64,000 nucleotides of DNA from a virus (IMGVR_UViG_3300034091_000309); one strand, 5' to 3'. Positions 51,874 through 60,864 are shown, counted from the stretch's first letter. Numbers and translations: made by a program. The notes: generated by a model not told the origin, from the sequence alone.

Positions 51874-52533
51874 ATGAAGATCGCAGCCATTGCCGACACG
51901 CACGGGATTCCCTTCGAGATTCCAGAGGCTGAGGTCTTCATCCACGGCGGGGATATGACTGGGTGGGGCAATTGGGCGGAGACGGCGGCTCTGGGCAAGC
52001 ACTTGGGCGAGGAAGTGAGCGGCCATGTGCTGCTCATTCCGGGCAATCACGACAATGCCTTTGAGGAGTTCCCCAGGGCTGAGATGTATCCCTTTCAGCC
52101 CTGCGTCCATCTGCTCATCGATCAGGTCTGGGAGTACAAGGGGCTGGTCTTCTACGGTTCGCCCTGGACGAATCTCTTTGAGAATGTCAACCCGCGCTGC
52201 AGGGCCTTCATGCGCACGGAAGATGATCTGCGGCGTTGCTTCCTGAAGATGCCGGCGGAGATCGATGTGCTGGTGACCCACTCGCCGCCACGGGGAATTC
52301 TGGACGACGGCAAGGGGTCCATAGCCCTGCGGGAGGCCATCAAGAGGCGCAAGATCCGTAGACACCTCTTCGGGCACATCCACGAGTGCGGCGGGCGCTC
52401 TCACATCGAAACTCAAAGTGAGGGCGCAGGGCGAGAGTTTTACAACATTTCTGCGATTGCCATGAAACCGAGAGAGGGCTTCCGGAACCGCATCCGCACT
52501 TATTGCGGGCCGCCGCTCCAGTTAGAGTTTTGA
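51874..52533 (+). CDS. calcineurin-like metallophosphoesterase
   Basis: Carries the GDMTGWG, GNHDN, HSPPRG and GHIHE motifs. Confidence 0.6.
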   Translation: MKIAAIADTHGIPFEIPEAEVFIHGGDMTGWGNWAETAALGKHLGEEVSGHVLLIPGNHDNAFEEFPRAEMYPFQPCVHLLIDQVWEYKGLVFYGSPWTNLFENVNPRCRAFMRTEDDLRRCFLKMPAEIDVLVTHSPPRGILDDGKGSIALREAIKRRKIRRHLFGHIHECGGRSHIETQSEGAGREFYNISAIAMKPREGFRNRIRTYCGPPLQLEF

Positions 52534-52540
52534 TAACGCG

Positions 52541-52569
52541 CGTAATTTTGTTGACTCGCCGTTTCAAAA
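52541..52569 (+). promoter_or_regulatory. sigma70-like promoter TTGACT-N17-TATATG with the conserved CCGTTTCAAAAAGGGTATATGC box
   Basis: The sequence reads ttgactcgccgtttcaaaaagggtatatgc. Confidence 0.55.
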
Positions 52570-52618
52570 AGGGTATATGCTGCACAACAGTGGACAGTGA
52601 ACAGTTAAGGAGACAAGC

Positions 52619-53116
52619 ATGAGCGAAGAGAATGCATTCAGCGCGGCAGCGCACCAGGAGCCCGGCGCACAACCACAACTCTTCACCTGCCCGGAGTGCG
52701 CAAGAGCCGGCATCCACACCGTTTTCGCCGACGCCCGCGGACGGGGGACGCACCGGCGCATCAAGCATGGGGTAATGGGCACATCTTCAGCGGCGGTGGC
52801 TTACAGAGAAAAACGGGCCCAAATAGCCAAGGCAACCAGACGAACGGCCAGGCCGGGAGCCAAGCCGGGAGCCAGACCGGTAGGCCGGCCCAGGGGGAGC
52901 GTCACCAAGAACCCAGCGCCGGGGCGGGGCCATGCGGCGGGATCAATTGTGCCTGTTGCTGCGGGTTCCGCGGCGCAGATGTCGCAGGCGCTGCTGGGCT
53001 ACGCCGTCGGCCGGCTGGTAGGCATGGCGGAGCGCATAGCGCGCGAAAACGATCTGCCGGAGACGGAGTTTACCCGGCGGGCCGCCGCCCTGTTCGCCGA
53101 GCTGAGCGCGCGCTGA
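52619..53116 (+). CDS. hypothetical protein (165 aa)
   Basis: RBS ggagacaagc precedes the ATG. Confidence 0.45.
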   Translation: MSEENAFSAAAHQEPGAQPQLFTCPECARAGIHTVFADARGRGTHRRIKHGVMGTSSAAVAYREKRAQIAKATRRTARPGAKPGARPVGRPRGSVTKNPAPGRGHAAGSIVPVAAGSAAQMSQALLGYAVGRLVGMAERIARENDLPETEFTRRAAALFAELSAR

Positions 53117-53138
53117 GAACAGAGGTCGCGAAGCGACG

Positions 53139-53447
53139 ATGGAGAACGACTCGACCGTCCCGCCCCATATTCTGATGTCGCAATGGGTGGTCTATGCGCA
53201 TCCGCGCGACTACGCGGACAAGTATGTGCTGCGGCGATGGGATCTGCGGAGAATCTCTGGCGAACCACCCCACGGACGTGGACCTGTCCGCGGGGACCCC
53301 GATAGCGAGGAACCAGTGATGGTTCCGACCGACGAGATGGCGTTGGCGACGACGCTGGAGGAGATCCGCAAGCAGGTTCCGCCGGGATTGTTCCGGCTGA
53401 GACGCTTCGCCGACGACGATCCGTGTATTGTGGAAGTGTGGGTATGA
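53139..53447 (+). CDS. hypothetical protein with in-frame RPE segment
   Basis: An RPE copy is read in frame at 53265-53301. Confidence 0.4.
   Translation: MENDSTVPPHILMSQWVVYAHPRDYADKYVLRRWDLRRISGEPPHGRGPVRGDPDSEEPVMVPTDEMALATTLEEIRKQVPPGLFRLRRFADDDPCIVEVWV
53265..53301 (+). repeat. RPE-like element copy
   Basis: The sequence reads ccaccccacggacgtggacctgtccgcggggaccccg. Confidence 0.75.
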
Positions 53448-53448
53448 G

Positions 53449-53525
53449 CACCCCAACGGCATGGACCCGCCGTTGGGGGCCCCGCACACACGCCGCGCCG
53501 ACGTGGACCTGTCGGCGCGGGAAAA
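53449..53525 (+). repeat. two adjacent RPE-like element copies
   Basis: First copy gcaccccaacggcatggacccgccgttgggggccccgc, then a degenerate cgccgacgtggacctgtcggcgcggg. Confidence 0.6.
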
Positions 53526-53569
53526 GCAAAAACGCCATCACAGAGACTTGCCTACCAGAGAGATTGTCA

Positions 53570-54220
53570 ATGAGTGAATTGGAATTGAGACGCTGGAAGC
53601 AGTTTTCGCTGCGCATGGCTCATCGAGGTTTCAATCTTCGGCTGCGCAAGAGCAGACGCCGTCTGGCATGGTTTGTGAAGGACTTTTTCCGCGCTCTGGA
53701 CTGCGAATACTTCGCCGTTAACGAAACGCTTCCCGTGAGGCTCGATCCCAAGTGGGGCTTTGATTTCAACGACCACACCCAGGAATTTCTGCGTGATCGC
53801 ATCGTGGATTGGGATCATACAGAAGATCATCCCACATGGCGCGACCAGTACGGTCATTCAACCTGCGGGCCTTTCATCTGTGATATCGTGACGATGCGAA
53901 TGGAGTATTGGAACCCGTTTTACTGGGGAGATGATCGCCGCTATCGGCAATGGGATGAGCTGTGGGGCACCCGGATTCGTTGCTGCCTTCGCGCCGGTAT
54001 GGACATGGCTGTATCTCCATCGATGGGCGTCATGGGCTTCACTGCCGGTGATCTGCGGCGCATGTACCGTGGCTCCGTCCCCGATTGGGTGATGGGCACC
54101 GAAGCTCTGGAAATCCAGCATTGGGCTGGAGTGGTTCCGGGTGTAGGCTTGGTACCAGGACCACGCGAGATCAACGGAGTCTTTGCCTCGGTGCCGGATG
54201 AGGCTCAGCTCTGGCTTTGA
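53570..54220 (+). CDS. hypothetical protein (216 aa)
   Basis: Protein-like frame. Confidence 0.45.
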   Translation: MSELELRRWKQFSLRMAHRGFNLRLRKSRRRLAWFVKDFFRALDCEYFAVNETLPVRLDPKWGFDFNDHTQEFLRDRIVDWDHTEDHPTWRDQYGHSTCGPFICDIVTMRMEYWNPFYWGDDRRYRQWDELWGTRIRCCLRAGMDMAVSPSMGVMGFTAGDLRRMYRGSVPDWVMGTEALEIQHWAGVVPGVGLVPGPREINGVFASVPDEAQLWL

Positions 54221-54255
54221 CAAAAACCGAAGAAAAATCCGGGGAGGTTCAATCG

Positions 54256-54764
54256 TGAAGGCGGCGATGGTTGGCAAGCGGTTAGGCGATGTGTGCGCGC
54301 GGGGATGGAAATGTCTACGGCCGAGGATCAAATCCATCCTTGATGCTGGGGTTGAAGTGATGGGTGTGGTGTGCCTCTGCCTGTGCGGAGCCATTGTGGC
54401 CCTCGATTGTCTTCAACATCGCTGGGAGGGATGGGTCGTCGGCGTTGTGATGCTTGCCTTGTGCGTGGTGACGGTGCTGCGCAATACCGCTCAGAAAAAT
54501 CTTGTGCAGGTCCAGAAGCAGTACGTCGGGTTTCTGCAGACCGAAAACCGCCAGCTCCGGGAGATCGCCCTGTCGGCCGTGGCCTTGAAGATCGCCATCG
54601 AACATGGCTTCAAGCCGAACCTGGAGGCGCTGAACCGGGATCTGGATGCGGTGTTTACGATCCAGAAGGTGGATATTCACACCGTCCCGCCAGACCCCCA
54701 CCCAGATGAATTAGCACCCCAACGACGAGGAGCTGTCGTTGGAGACGCCGAGGCCCCGGTTTGA
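54256..54764 (+). CDS. membrane protein, hypothetical
   Basis: GTG start after RBS gggaggt; hydrophobic segments are present; an RPE-derived tail lies at 54714-54750. Confidence 0.4.
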
Positions 54765-54870
54765 GAATAGAATAGAGACGGCAAAGGCCAGATCGGAAGT
54801 CTGGCCTCTCCCTTGAAACTTTGCTGCTGGCGCAGCTCTGTGAACATTCTATCGCGGAGCGCGCTAACCT

Positions 54871-55575
54871 GTGCAAATTTCTTCCCTTTCCGACCGCCCC
54901 AAGGATCAAAGACCGATCCTCGGGAATCCCAGCGAAACTCCTTCCCTGATCTTGCGTGAGCGCCGGGCGCGGGCGGCCGGGATCTCTCTGCCCCAGCGCG
55001 AAGAACAGTCTGCTCTCTCTTCTCCACCGCCGGCGCCCTGCCTTCCCCTGCGCAGCCCAGGCCCGCTCATCATCGACCTCTACCGCCGCGATTTGGCGGG
55101 GAAGAAGTGTCGCCGTGTGACCAAGGCGGACGGCGACGAGGCGCGGCGGCTGATCCAGGAGATGATCGCCTTCTGCCGGGCTCATGACGCCGCCGGATTG
55201 GCGGCGCCGCAGGTGGGGGTCTATGTGCAGTTGGCCATCGCCATCATGGCGCCCAAGTCTGTCGAAATCCTTGTGAACCCGGAGATCGTGAACCTGGGGG
55301 GCCGGGAGCTGCTGGAGTACGAGGGCTGCCTGAGTCTGCCGCCCCCCGACCAGAACCAAGCGCGGGTCTGGCGCAGCGAGATCGCGCAGGTGCGCGGCGG
55401 GACGCTGGAAGATCCGGAGGCCGGCCGGGTGAAGGTCTACAAGGGCTGGCCGGCGCGCCTGGTGCAGCACGAGATCGACCACCTGCAGGGGCGCTTCTTT
55501 ATCGACCGGTTGAAGCCGGTGGCGCGGGGGCTGGTGCTCAGGCGGTATGAGAAGTTCTTGAAAGAGCAGTTGTGA
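54871..55575 (+). CDS. def: peptide deformylase (5-prime start uncertain; probably a non-ATG start further downstream)
   Basis: Def motifs GLAAPQVG, EGCLS and QHEIDHLQG are present. Confidence 0.6.
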   Translation: MQISSLSDRPKDQRPILGNPSETPSLILRERRARAAGISLPQREEQSALSSPPPAPCLPLRSPGPLIIDLYRRDLAGKKCRRVTKADGDEARRLIQEMIAFCRAHDAAGLAAPQVGVYVQLAIAIMAPKSVEILVNPEIVNLGGRELLEYEGCLSLPPPDQNQARVWRSEIAQVRGGTLEDPEAGRVKVYKGWPARLVQHEIDHLQGRFFIDRLKPVARGLVLRRYEKFLKEQL

Positions 55576-55588
55576 GCGGAGCGAAGCG

Positions 55589-57172
55589 ATGGTGCGGATT
55601 TTGGAGGGCGACGCGCGGGAGGTGCTACGGAGGCTGGCGGAATCTTCTGTGGATGCGATCGTGACCGATCCCCCCTATGAGTTAGGCTTCATGGGCAAGG
55701 TATGGGACAAAAGCGGAATCGCTTACTCTGTCCCGATATGGGCCGAAGCTCTGCGGGTACTCAAGCCGGGTGGGCATCTGCTGGCCTTTGGCGGGAGCCG
55801 CACCTATCACCGGCTGGTCTGCGCCATCGAGGATGCGGGCTTTGAAATCCGCGACCAGATTATGTGGATTTATGGGAGCGGGTTTCCGAAGAGTCTGGAC
55901 GTGAGCAAGGCAATCGACAAGGCGGCGCGAGGCGTTCCGCAGGGCGGGGCTGATCCGACCAGCGCGAACCACGGAAAGTTCAAAGGCGGTTGTTCCGAAA
56001 AGAATCCATCGGGGCGAGGCTTCGGTGCCGGGCCGGGGCAGTTCATGCGCGAGAAAGTTAAACGGGTTCGCTTTGACGGAAAACCCACGCGTAGTAGTGG
56101 TGGAACTTTTATGAGCGGCTGTGATGTTTCTATACAAAGCGGACCGCCAATCACCGAAGCGGCGAAGCAGTGGTCTGGCTGGGGGACGGCGCTCAAACCC
56201 GCGCATGAGCCGATTGTGGTGGCGCGCAAGCCGCTGGTGGGGACCGTGGCGGCGAATGTGCTGCAGCACGGGACCGGAGCACTGAATATCGACGGGTGCC
56301 GGGTTTCTGGAGAATTGCCGCACCACAATTACGGGCGAACCAGCGGCGAGAGGTCGTTTGTCGGAGAGAGCAGTAGACCGTACAACACCCCGGAACTGGG
56401 CCGCTGGCCGGCCAACGTCATCCACGATGGCTCGGAGGAGGTGGTGAGCTGCTTCCCGAACGCGCCGGGCCAATGCGGGGCGGTACGGCCAGATAGCGGT
56501 AGCGGTCAGAAGACAGATGGTATTTATGGAAGGTTTGCGACGAATAGCGACCATGACCCGCGCGGCGATTCCGGCTCGGCGGCGCGCTTCTTCTATAAGG
56601 TAGAACCTGATAGCGGAGATAGCGGGGTTAGCCAGTTAGCAAATCAGCGGGTGGGTGAACCGAGCGCGGAGCGGACTTACGAGGAGCGGGGCGGCACCAG
56701 TTTCACCCTGAAGCCGGGGGCGCGGCGCTTCGACATGGGATCGCCGGCGCGGTTCTTTTACTGCGCCAAGGCCGACCGGGAGGAGCGCAACCGGGGATGC
56801 GAGGAGCTGGGCAAGAAACCTCTGCTCTGGTCCGCCGGCACACAGTCGCCGGGAACCTTTCAGCGTGAGGGAGTCGACCGCAGCGCACAGAACAACCATC
56901 CCACGGTCAAGCCGGTGGCCCTGATGGCGTATTTATGCCGGCTGGTCACGCCGCCCGGCGGCACAGTGCTGGATTGCTTCATGGGCTCGGGGTCGACGGG
57001 GATCGCGGCGCTGCGGGAGGGCTTTCACTTCATCGGCATCGAGGTGAATCCCGCCTATGCGGAGATCGCGCGGCGGCGCATTGCGGGGGATGCGCCGCTT
57101 CTGAACCAAGCAACAGAGAAGGGAGAGACAAGCGATGAAGATGGCGCGCAAGCATATTCTGGCGGCGATTGA
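55589..57172 (+). CDS. DNA methyltransferase (N6-adenine or N4-cytosine; DPPY and FMGSGS motifs)
   Basis: Motif IV reads TDPPYE and motif I reads LDCFMGSGSTG. Confidence 0.65.
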   Translation: MVRILEGDAREVLRRLAESSVDAIVTDPPYELGFMGKVWDKSGIAYSVPIWAEALRVLKPGGHLLAFGGSRTYHRLVCAIEDAGFEIRDQIMWIYGSGFPKSLDVSKAIDKAARGVPQGGADPTSANHGKFKGGCSEKNPSGRGFGAGPGQFMREKVKRVRFDGKPTRSSGGTFMSGCDVSIQSGPPITEAAKQWSGWGTALKPAHEPIVVARKPLVGTVAANVLQHGTGALNIDGCRVSGELPHHNYGRTSGERSFVGESSRPYNTPELGRWPANVIHDGSEEVVSCFPNAPGQCGAVRPDSGSGQKTDGIYGRFATNSDHDPRGDSGSAARFFYKVEPDSGDSGVSQLANQRVGEPSAERTYEERGGTSFTLKPGARRFDMGSPARFFYCAKADREERNRGCEELGKKPLLWSAGTQSPGTFQREGVDRSAQNNHPTVKPVALMAYLCRLVTPPGGTVLDCFMGSGSTGIAALREGFHFIGIEVNPAYAEIARRRIAGDAPLLNQATEKGETSDEDGAQAYSGGD

Positions 57173-57287
57173 GGCCGGCCGGCTGCTGTTCTATCCGAAG
57201 TATGCGATCAAGGCGGTGTACTACACGGGCAAGGACAAGAGAATCGGCGAGTTCGGGTGGCACATTGCTGTGCTGCCCCGGCGCTAA
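57135..57287 (+). CDS. small hypothetical protein (50 aa) overlapping the MTase 3-prime end
   Basis: Begins MKMARKHILAAIEAGRLLFYPKYAIKAVYYTGKDKRIGEFGWHIAV. Confidence 0.3.
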   Translation: MKMARKHILAAIEAGRLLFYPKYAIKAVYYTGKDKRIGEFGWHIAVLPRR

Positions 57288-57344
57288 AGGCGTTCAAACT
57301 GATCTCTGATCTCTGAAACCTGATCCCTGTTTTGCGGAGGCGGA

Positions 57345-57449
57345 ATGAAATCGATGTTTCGGATTGCGCTGCTCTTTGCTGTTGGCCTCCTGATTGCCTT
57401 ACTTTGGCCGGTGATCGTGGCTGTGGTCAATGCCTTGCTGGCGAAGTGA
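57345..57449 (+). CDS. small hydrophobic peptide (34 aa), possible lysis-associated membrane peptide
   Basis: RBS gcggaggcgga precedes the ATG; MKSMFRIALLFAVGLLIALLWPVIVAVVNALLAK. Confidence 0.35.
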   Translation: MKSMFRIALLFAVGLLIALLWPVIVAVVNALLAK

Positions 57450-57559
57450 CGGCGGGCCGGGTTGGAGGAACGGTGTGAGTGTGGAGTGTGGCGCGCTGAC
57501 GACTCGCACTCGCACTGGCCACTGTTTCACTGTCTCTTTCACTGTTCTGGAGGAACTCA

Positions 57560-58113
57560 TGGCTGACTTCGATGTGGCGGTGGAGGTGGTGCTGGAGCAC
57601 GAGGGAGGCAAGGGTACTCTGCCCGGCGATCCCGGCGGGCCGACGGCCTTTGGGTGGTCGCAGGCCGCTTGCGAGGCCTGGGGGATCGCGCAGCCCGCGA
57701 CGGCGGCTGAGGCCGCAGCGCTCTACCAGAAGTATTTCTGGAATCCGCTCTACAACCAGATCGCCAGCCAGGAGGTAGGCACCAAGATTCTGGACGATTG
57801 CGTGAACCAGGGGACGCCGGAGGGCAGCAAGCACCTGCAGGAGGCGCTGGTCCGCTGCGGGCGGATGGTGGCGGTGGACGGGATCTTCGGGCCGGCGACG
57901 CTCACGGCCGTGAACCAAGCGCCGGAGGAACTTCTGCTGGGTTATTTCCGCTTGATCCAGTATCAGAGCTACGCAGCCTGGATCGCCGAAAACCCGGCGC
58001 GGGAGGCACTGCGCGTGGGGCTGGCCCGGCGGGCGGCTTGGCCGGATGACGCAGAGGGCACGATCGCGGCGGCGCTGCTGGCTGGAACGTATCAGCCGAC
58101 AGTGAACGAGTGA
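57560..58113 (+). CDS. endolysin, GH108 N-acetylmuramidase with PG_binding_3 domain
   Basis: RBS ggagga precedes the ATG; GH108 signature LEHEGGKGTLPGDPGGPTAFGW. Confidence 0.65.
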
Positions 58114-58228
58114 ACGGCTCCGGATTCACTTCTTCACCGCTTTTTTGGTGTTGACTTTGTGCGGGCGAAGCCGCAGGATAGGCGGCAGGACAAGAGCAGG
58201 AAAGAGCGCTGGCCCACGAGAAACGAAG

Positions 58229-58250
58229 AGGCCCGTGGGCCGTTTTTTGC
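58229..58250 (+). terminator. rho-independent terminator
   Basis: The hairpin ggcccgtgggcc is followed by gtttttt. Confidence 0.5.
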
Positions 58251-58287
58251 ACCCCAACGACATGGACCCGTCGTTGGGGACCCCGGT
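58250..58287 (+). repeat. RPE-like element copy
   Basis: The sequence reads gcaccccaacgacatggacccgtcgttggggaccccgg. Confidence 0.75.
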
Positions 58288-58307
58288 TTTTGCCTGACCA
58301 CTGTATT

Positions 58308-58499
58308 TCAGTGCCAGAGGCCCAGCCAGATTCCCCAGCCATGAATGACGGCGACGGGGAAAAAGATCGCTCCCGCGATCAAAAACCCGTAGAGGCGTTC
58401 GTTGAAGCAGGTGTAGAGATGCTGGCACCAGCCAGCGAACGAGAGCAGGAAGATGCCGCCGAAGAACAGGCATCCACAACCCGAACTGCTGTTGCTCAT
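58308..58499 (-). CDS. small membrane protein (63 aa), holin-like candidate
   Basis: RBS aaaggaa precedes the ATG; two hydrophobic segments. Confidence 0.4.
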   Translation of the reverse strand: MSNSSSGCGCLFFGGIFLLSFAGWCQHLYTCFNERLYGFLIAGAIFFPVAVIHGWGIWLGLWH

Positions 58500-58543
58500 C
58501 GCAGATTCCTTTCTCACACTGTCCACTGTTCACTGACCACTAC

Positions 58544-58816
58544 CTACTGTCCCCTGGAAGAGCCGGCCGGCCAGATTTTCGAAAGCAGGGCTTGAATCCG
58601 CTCGGCAAAGGTGAGCGCCACCGGGCACTCGCAGTATACCTGGCGATTGAGCGCCTTGAGCAACTGCATGGCCTGCACCCGGCCGTCGAGTGCCGAGAGC
58701 TGGTCGCCTTCTTGGACAAATTCGTCGGCCAGGTACTCGATGGCGTGGCTTAGGATCACCAGCGCGCGTCCCGCCTGGGGAGTGATGCGCCGGCGGCGAT
58801 TGAAGCTATTCTCCAT
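58544..58816 (-). CDS. hypothetical protein (90 aa)
   Basis: RBS gaggagg precedes the ATG. Confidence 0.5.
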   Translation of the reverse strand: MENSFNRRRRITPQAGRALVILSHAIEYLADEFVQEGDQLSALDGRVQAMQLLKALNRQVYCECPVALTFAERIQALLSKIWPAGSSRGQ

Positions 58817-58932
58817 TGTTCCTCCTCATAAAAAGCGAGATCCCAAACGGGTGGGTCTATCGCCCGTGGAATGGTAAATGCGCATCTCAAGCGAATGTGA
58901 GGCGCAGGTCATGTGTTTTTCCGGCCGGGCGA

Positions 58933-59625
58933 TCATTCGATGCTCCTGACCTTATCCGGCCTGGGCAGTTTGATGGCGCCTTTCGCCATCTGGCAGACGG
59001 TGCATTTGCAGCCCAGGGCGTGTCCAGTGCCGGCGGGTCTGGCGATGGTCACGCGCCCGCCCGTTGTGGCGATGGCGTCCGTCTGCTGCCCCGGCGACTT
59101 GGCGCCGGCCTGACCATTGTCGACTGTTCCCTGTCCACTGTTTTGTTCCGCTATCAATGCGCTGGGATCGGGAGCCGGCAAAGAGGGCTGGCGCCAGTCC
59201 TTGCGGCGGCGATCAACTATCAGTGCGCTGGGATCAGGAGCTGGCAGGGAGGGTTGACGCCATTCCTTGCGGCGGCGATCGACGCCATTCCACGAAGTGC
59301 GGTGGCACCATTTGCAGTGGCTACCATGTTTGGGCTCAACCCGCGTGTCCCAGGGCTTGCCTTTGCCGGGGCAGCCGGGGAGTTCGCAGGTGCAGCGATA
59401 GAAGGTCAGCAGAATCTTTTCCGGTTTCTGGGCGGCGACTGCGTTTTTGTTACGGCGGTCGACGCCGTCCCAGCGGTGGCTGTGGCAGGTGGGGCAGACT
59501 TGGGGGCGCTTTTCCTTGCGCGCCGTCCAGCGCCGGCCCTGGCGCGGGCAGCCGGGGGCCTGGCAGCGCCAGCGGTATACGGTTTTGGTGGTGACTTTTA
59601 CGCTCACGGCTGTTCTGCCCCCCAT
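58933..59625 (-). CDS. zinc-finger repeat protein with internal tandem duplication
   Basis: Repeated CPTCHSHRWDGVDRRNK / CKWCHRTSWNGVDRRRKEWRQPSLPAPDPSALI, with the latter unit duplicated. Confidence 0.5.
   Translation of the reverse strand: MGGRTAVSVKVTTKTVYRWRCQAPGCPRQGRRWTARKEKRPQVCPTCHSHRWDGVDRRNKNAVAAQKPEKILLTFYRCTCELPGCPGKGKPWDTRVEPKHGSHCKWCHRTSWNGVDRRRKEWRQPSLPAPDPSALIVDRRRKDWRQPSLPAPDPSALIAEQNSGQGTVDNGQAGAKSPGQQTDAIATTGGRVTIARPAGTGHALGCKCTVCQMAKGAIKLPRPDKVRSIE
59161..59290 (+). repeat. about 60-bp direct tandem duplication inside the CDS
   Basis: The unit ctatcagtgcgctgggatc.ggagc.ggcaa/gggaggg.tg.cgcca.tccttgcggcggcgatc.ac occurs twice. Confidence 0.5.
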
Positions 59626-59858
59626 AGGGATTCGAGAAGGTTCTTGAGACTCTGCGTCAGCTCGTCCATCCTCAAGTCGCCGATGACCGCTCCGCGGAAT
59701 GATCGCTGCAGGAAGGCCAGAAGCAGGGCGCAGTTGCGCAGATCCCGCGGGGTCGGCCGGGACGGCCACTTCTCCGCCGCGAAGAACTGGAAGAGGAATA
59801 CACCGGCAGCACCCAAAAGCGCGCCTCCAACCGCTACGAGAAAGATGGTCCAATTCAT
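59604..59858 (-). CDS. small membrane protein (84 aa)
   Basis: RBS ggaggg precedes the ATG; MNWTIFLVAVGGALLGAAGVFLFQFF. Confidence 0.45.
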   Translation of the reverse strand: MNWTIFLVAVGGALLGAAGVFLFQFFAAEKWPSRPTPRDLRNCALLLAFLQRSFRGAVIGDLRMDELTQSLKNLLESLWGAEQP

Positions 59859-59968
59859 TGTGCTGGCCCTCCAGAAACCGGGTTTTTACACGGTACGACG
59901 AGTGAACAGTGTGAAAACACGGCGCTGCACACTCGCACTCAACACTGGTCACTTCTTCATTGTCTTCC

Positions 59969-60319
59969 TCACACTTCAATCCTCGACTCCACGGCGCGGT
60001 TGGGCTGCACGAAGGCCACCGTCTTGCGCTCCGGCTGGTAGAGTTTGTGCTCGTCGAGATCCACCACGTCGATCTGCACGGGCTGGGGGTGCATCAGGTC
60101 GATGACTTCGGCGACGATCTTGAGATCGGCGTAGAGGCCGGCGAAGGTGACGGCTAATTTCGAGTCGCGTACCAGCATCAGCCAACGGGGCGGCTCATCA
60201 GGGATTTGCCAACCTTCCCGCGCGGGCGCATTGGCCGGGATGCACTCGTCGATAGTTGCGCGGCGGGCGGCGAAGTCGGGCTGGTTGGGGGCGATGCTAC
60301 GCTTTACTTGATCGCTCAT
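59969..60319 (-). CDS. hypothetical protein (116 aa)
   Basis: Protein-like frame. Confidence 0.45.
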   Translation of the reverse strand: MSDQVKRSIAPNQPDFAARRATIDECIPANAPAREGWQIPDEPPRWLMLVRDSKLAVTFAGLYADLKIVAEVIDLMHPQPVQIDVVDLDEHKLYQPERKTVAFVQPNRAVESRIEV

Positions 60320-60322
60320 GGT

Positions 60323-60505
60323 TCACCGCTTTCCTGCAAAGCATGGCGGACATAGGCCGCCTTGCAACTTATGGGGCCGCGTCGGGGTTCCGCAAAGGTT
60401 GCATTTGACCTTGTTGTCTGGCGCCCGCCGCGCCGCTTTCTTAGCGAACGCCTCCGGTCCACGCTTTTTGCGGGCTGCGTAATTGTCGCGATGTCCCTTT
60501 CCCAT
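60323..60505 (-). CDS. small basic zinc-ribbon protein (60 aa)
   Basis: RBS gaggaagg precedes the ATG; CNLCGTPTRPHKLQGGLCPPC. Confidence 0.4.
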   Translation of the reverse strand: MGKGHRDNYAARKKRGPEAFAKKAARRAPDNKVKCNLCGTPTRPHKLQGGLCPPCFAGKR

Positions 60506-60519
60506 GATCTGTTCCTTCC

Positions 60520-60804
60520 TCAGTTCTGCCCGGATCGCCGGGCGGCGTCGTCGGCCAGTTCGCCCGCCGTCTTCGAGTCGGGCCAGCAGGTGTAGACTTC
60601 TTCCCTGCTCAGCAGACGTTCCCGGAACTCCGGCGGCGGAAGAGGAACATTGAGCTTGGAAAGCGGAGCGGCCAGCACCTCGCCGCCGGGGTTGATCTTG
60701 AGCGCATGGGCTTCCCGCACCGCGTCGGCCGGGGAGGTGGCGCGCACCAAACAGGCGCCGCGAAAGCCGCCGCCGGCAAACGACAGGTACCACCATTCGG
60801 TCAC
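60520..60804 (-). CDS. hypothetical protein (94 aa)
   Basis: Protein-like frame. Confidence 0.45.
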   Translation of the reverse strand: MTEWWYLSFAGGGFRGACLVRATSPADAVREAHALKINPGGEVLAAPLSKLNVPLPPPEFRERLLSREEVYTCWPDSKTAGELADDAARRSGQN

Positions 60805-60828
60805 TTCGTATCCCTCGGATTTCTGAGC

Positions 60829-60864
60829 ATCCCAGCGACGAAGACCTATCGCCGGGAGCCCTGC
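60829..60864 (+). repeat. RPE-like element copy
   Basis: The sequence reads catcccagcgacgaagacctatcgccgggagccctg. Confidence 0.65.

Noticed and set aside
58816-60105. 429-aa plus-strand ORF
   Set aside because: It is Ala/Gly-rich low-complexity sequence and overlaps three better-supported minus-strand genes that have RBSs.
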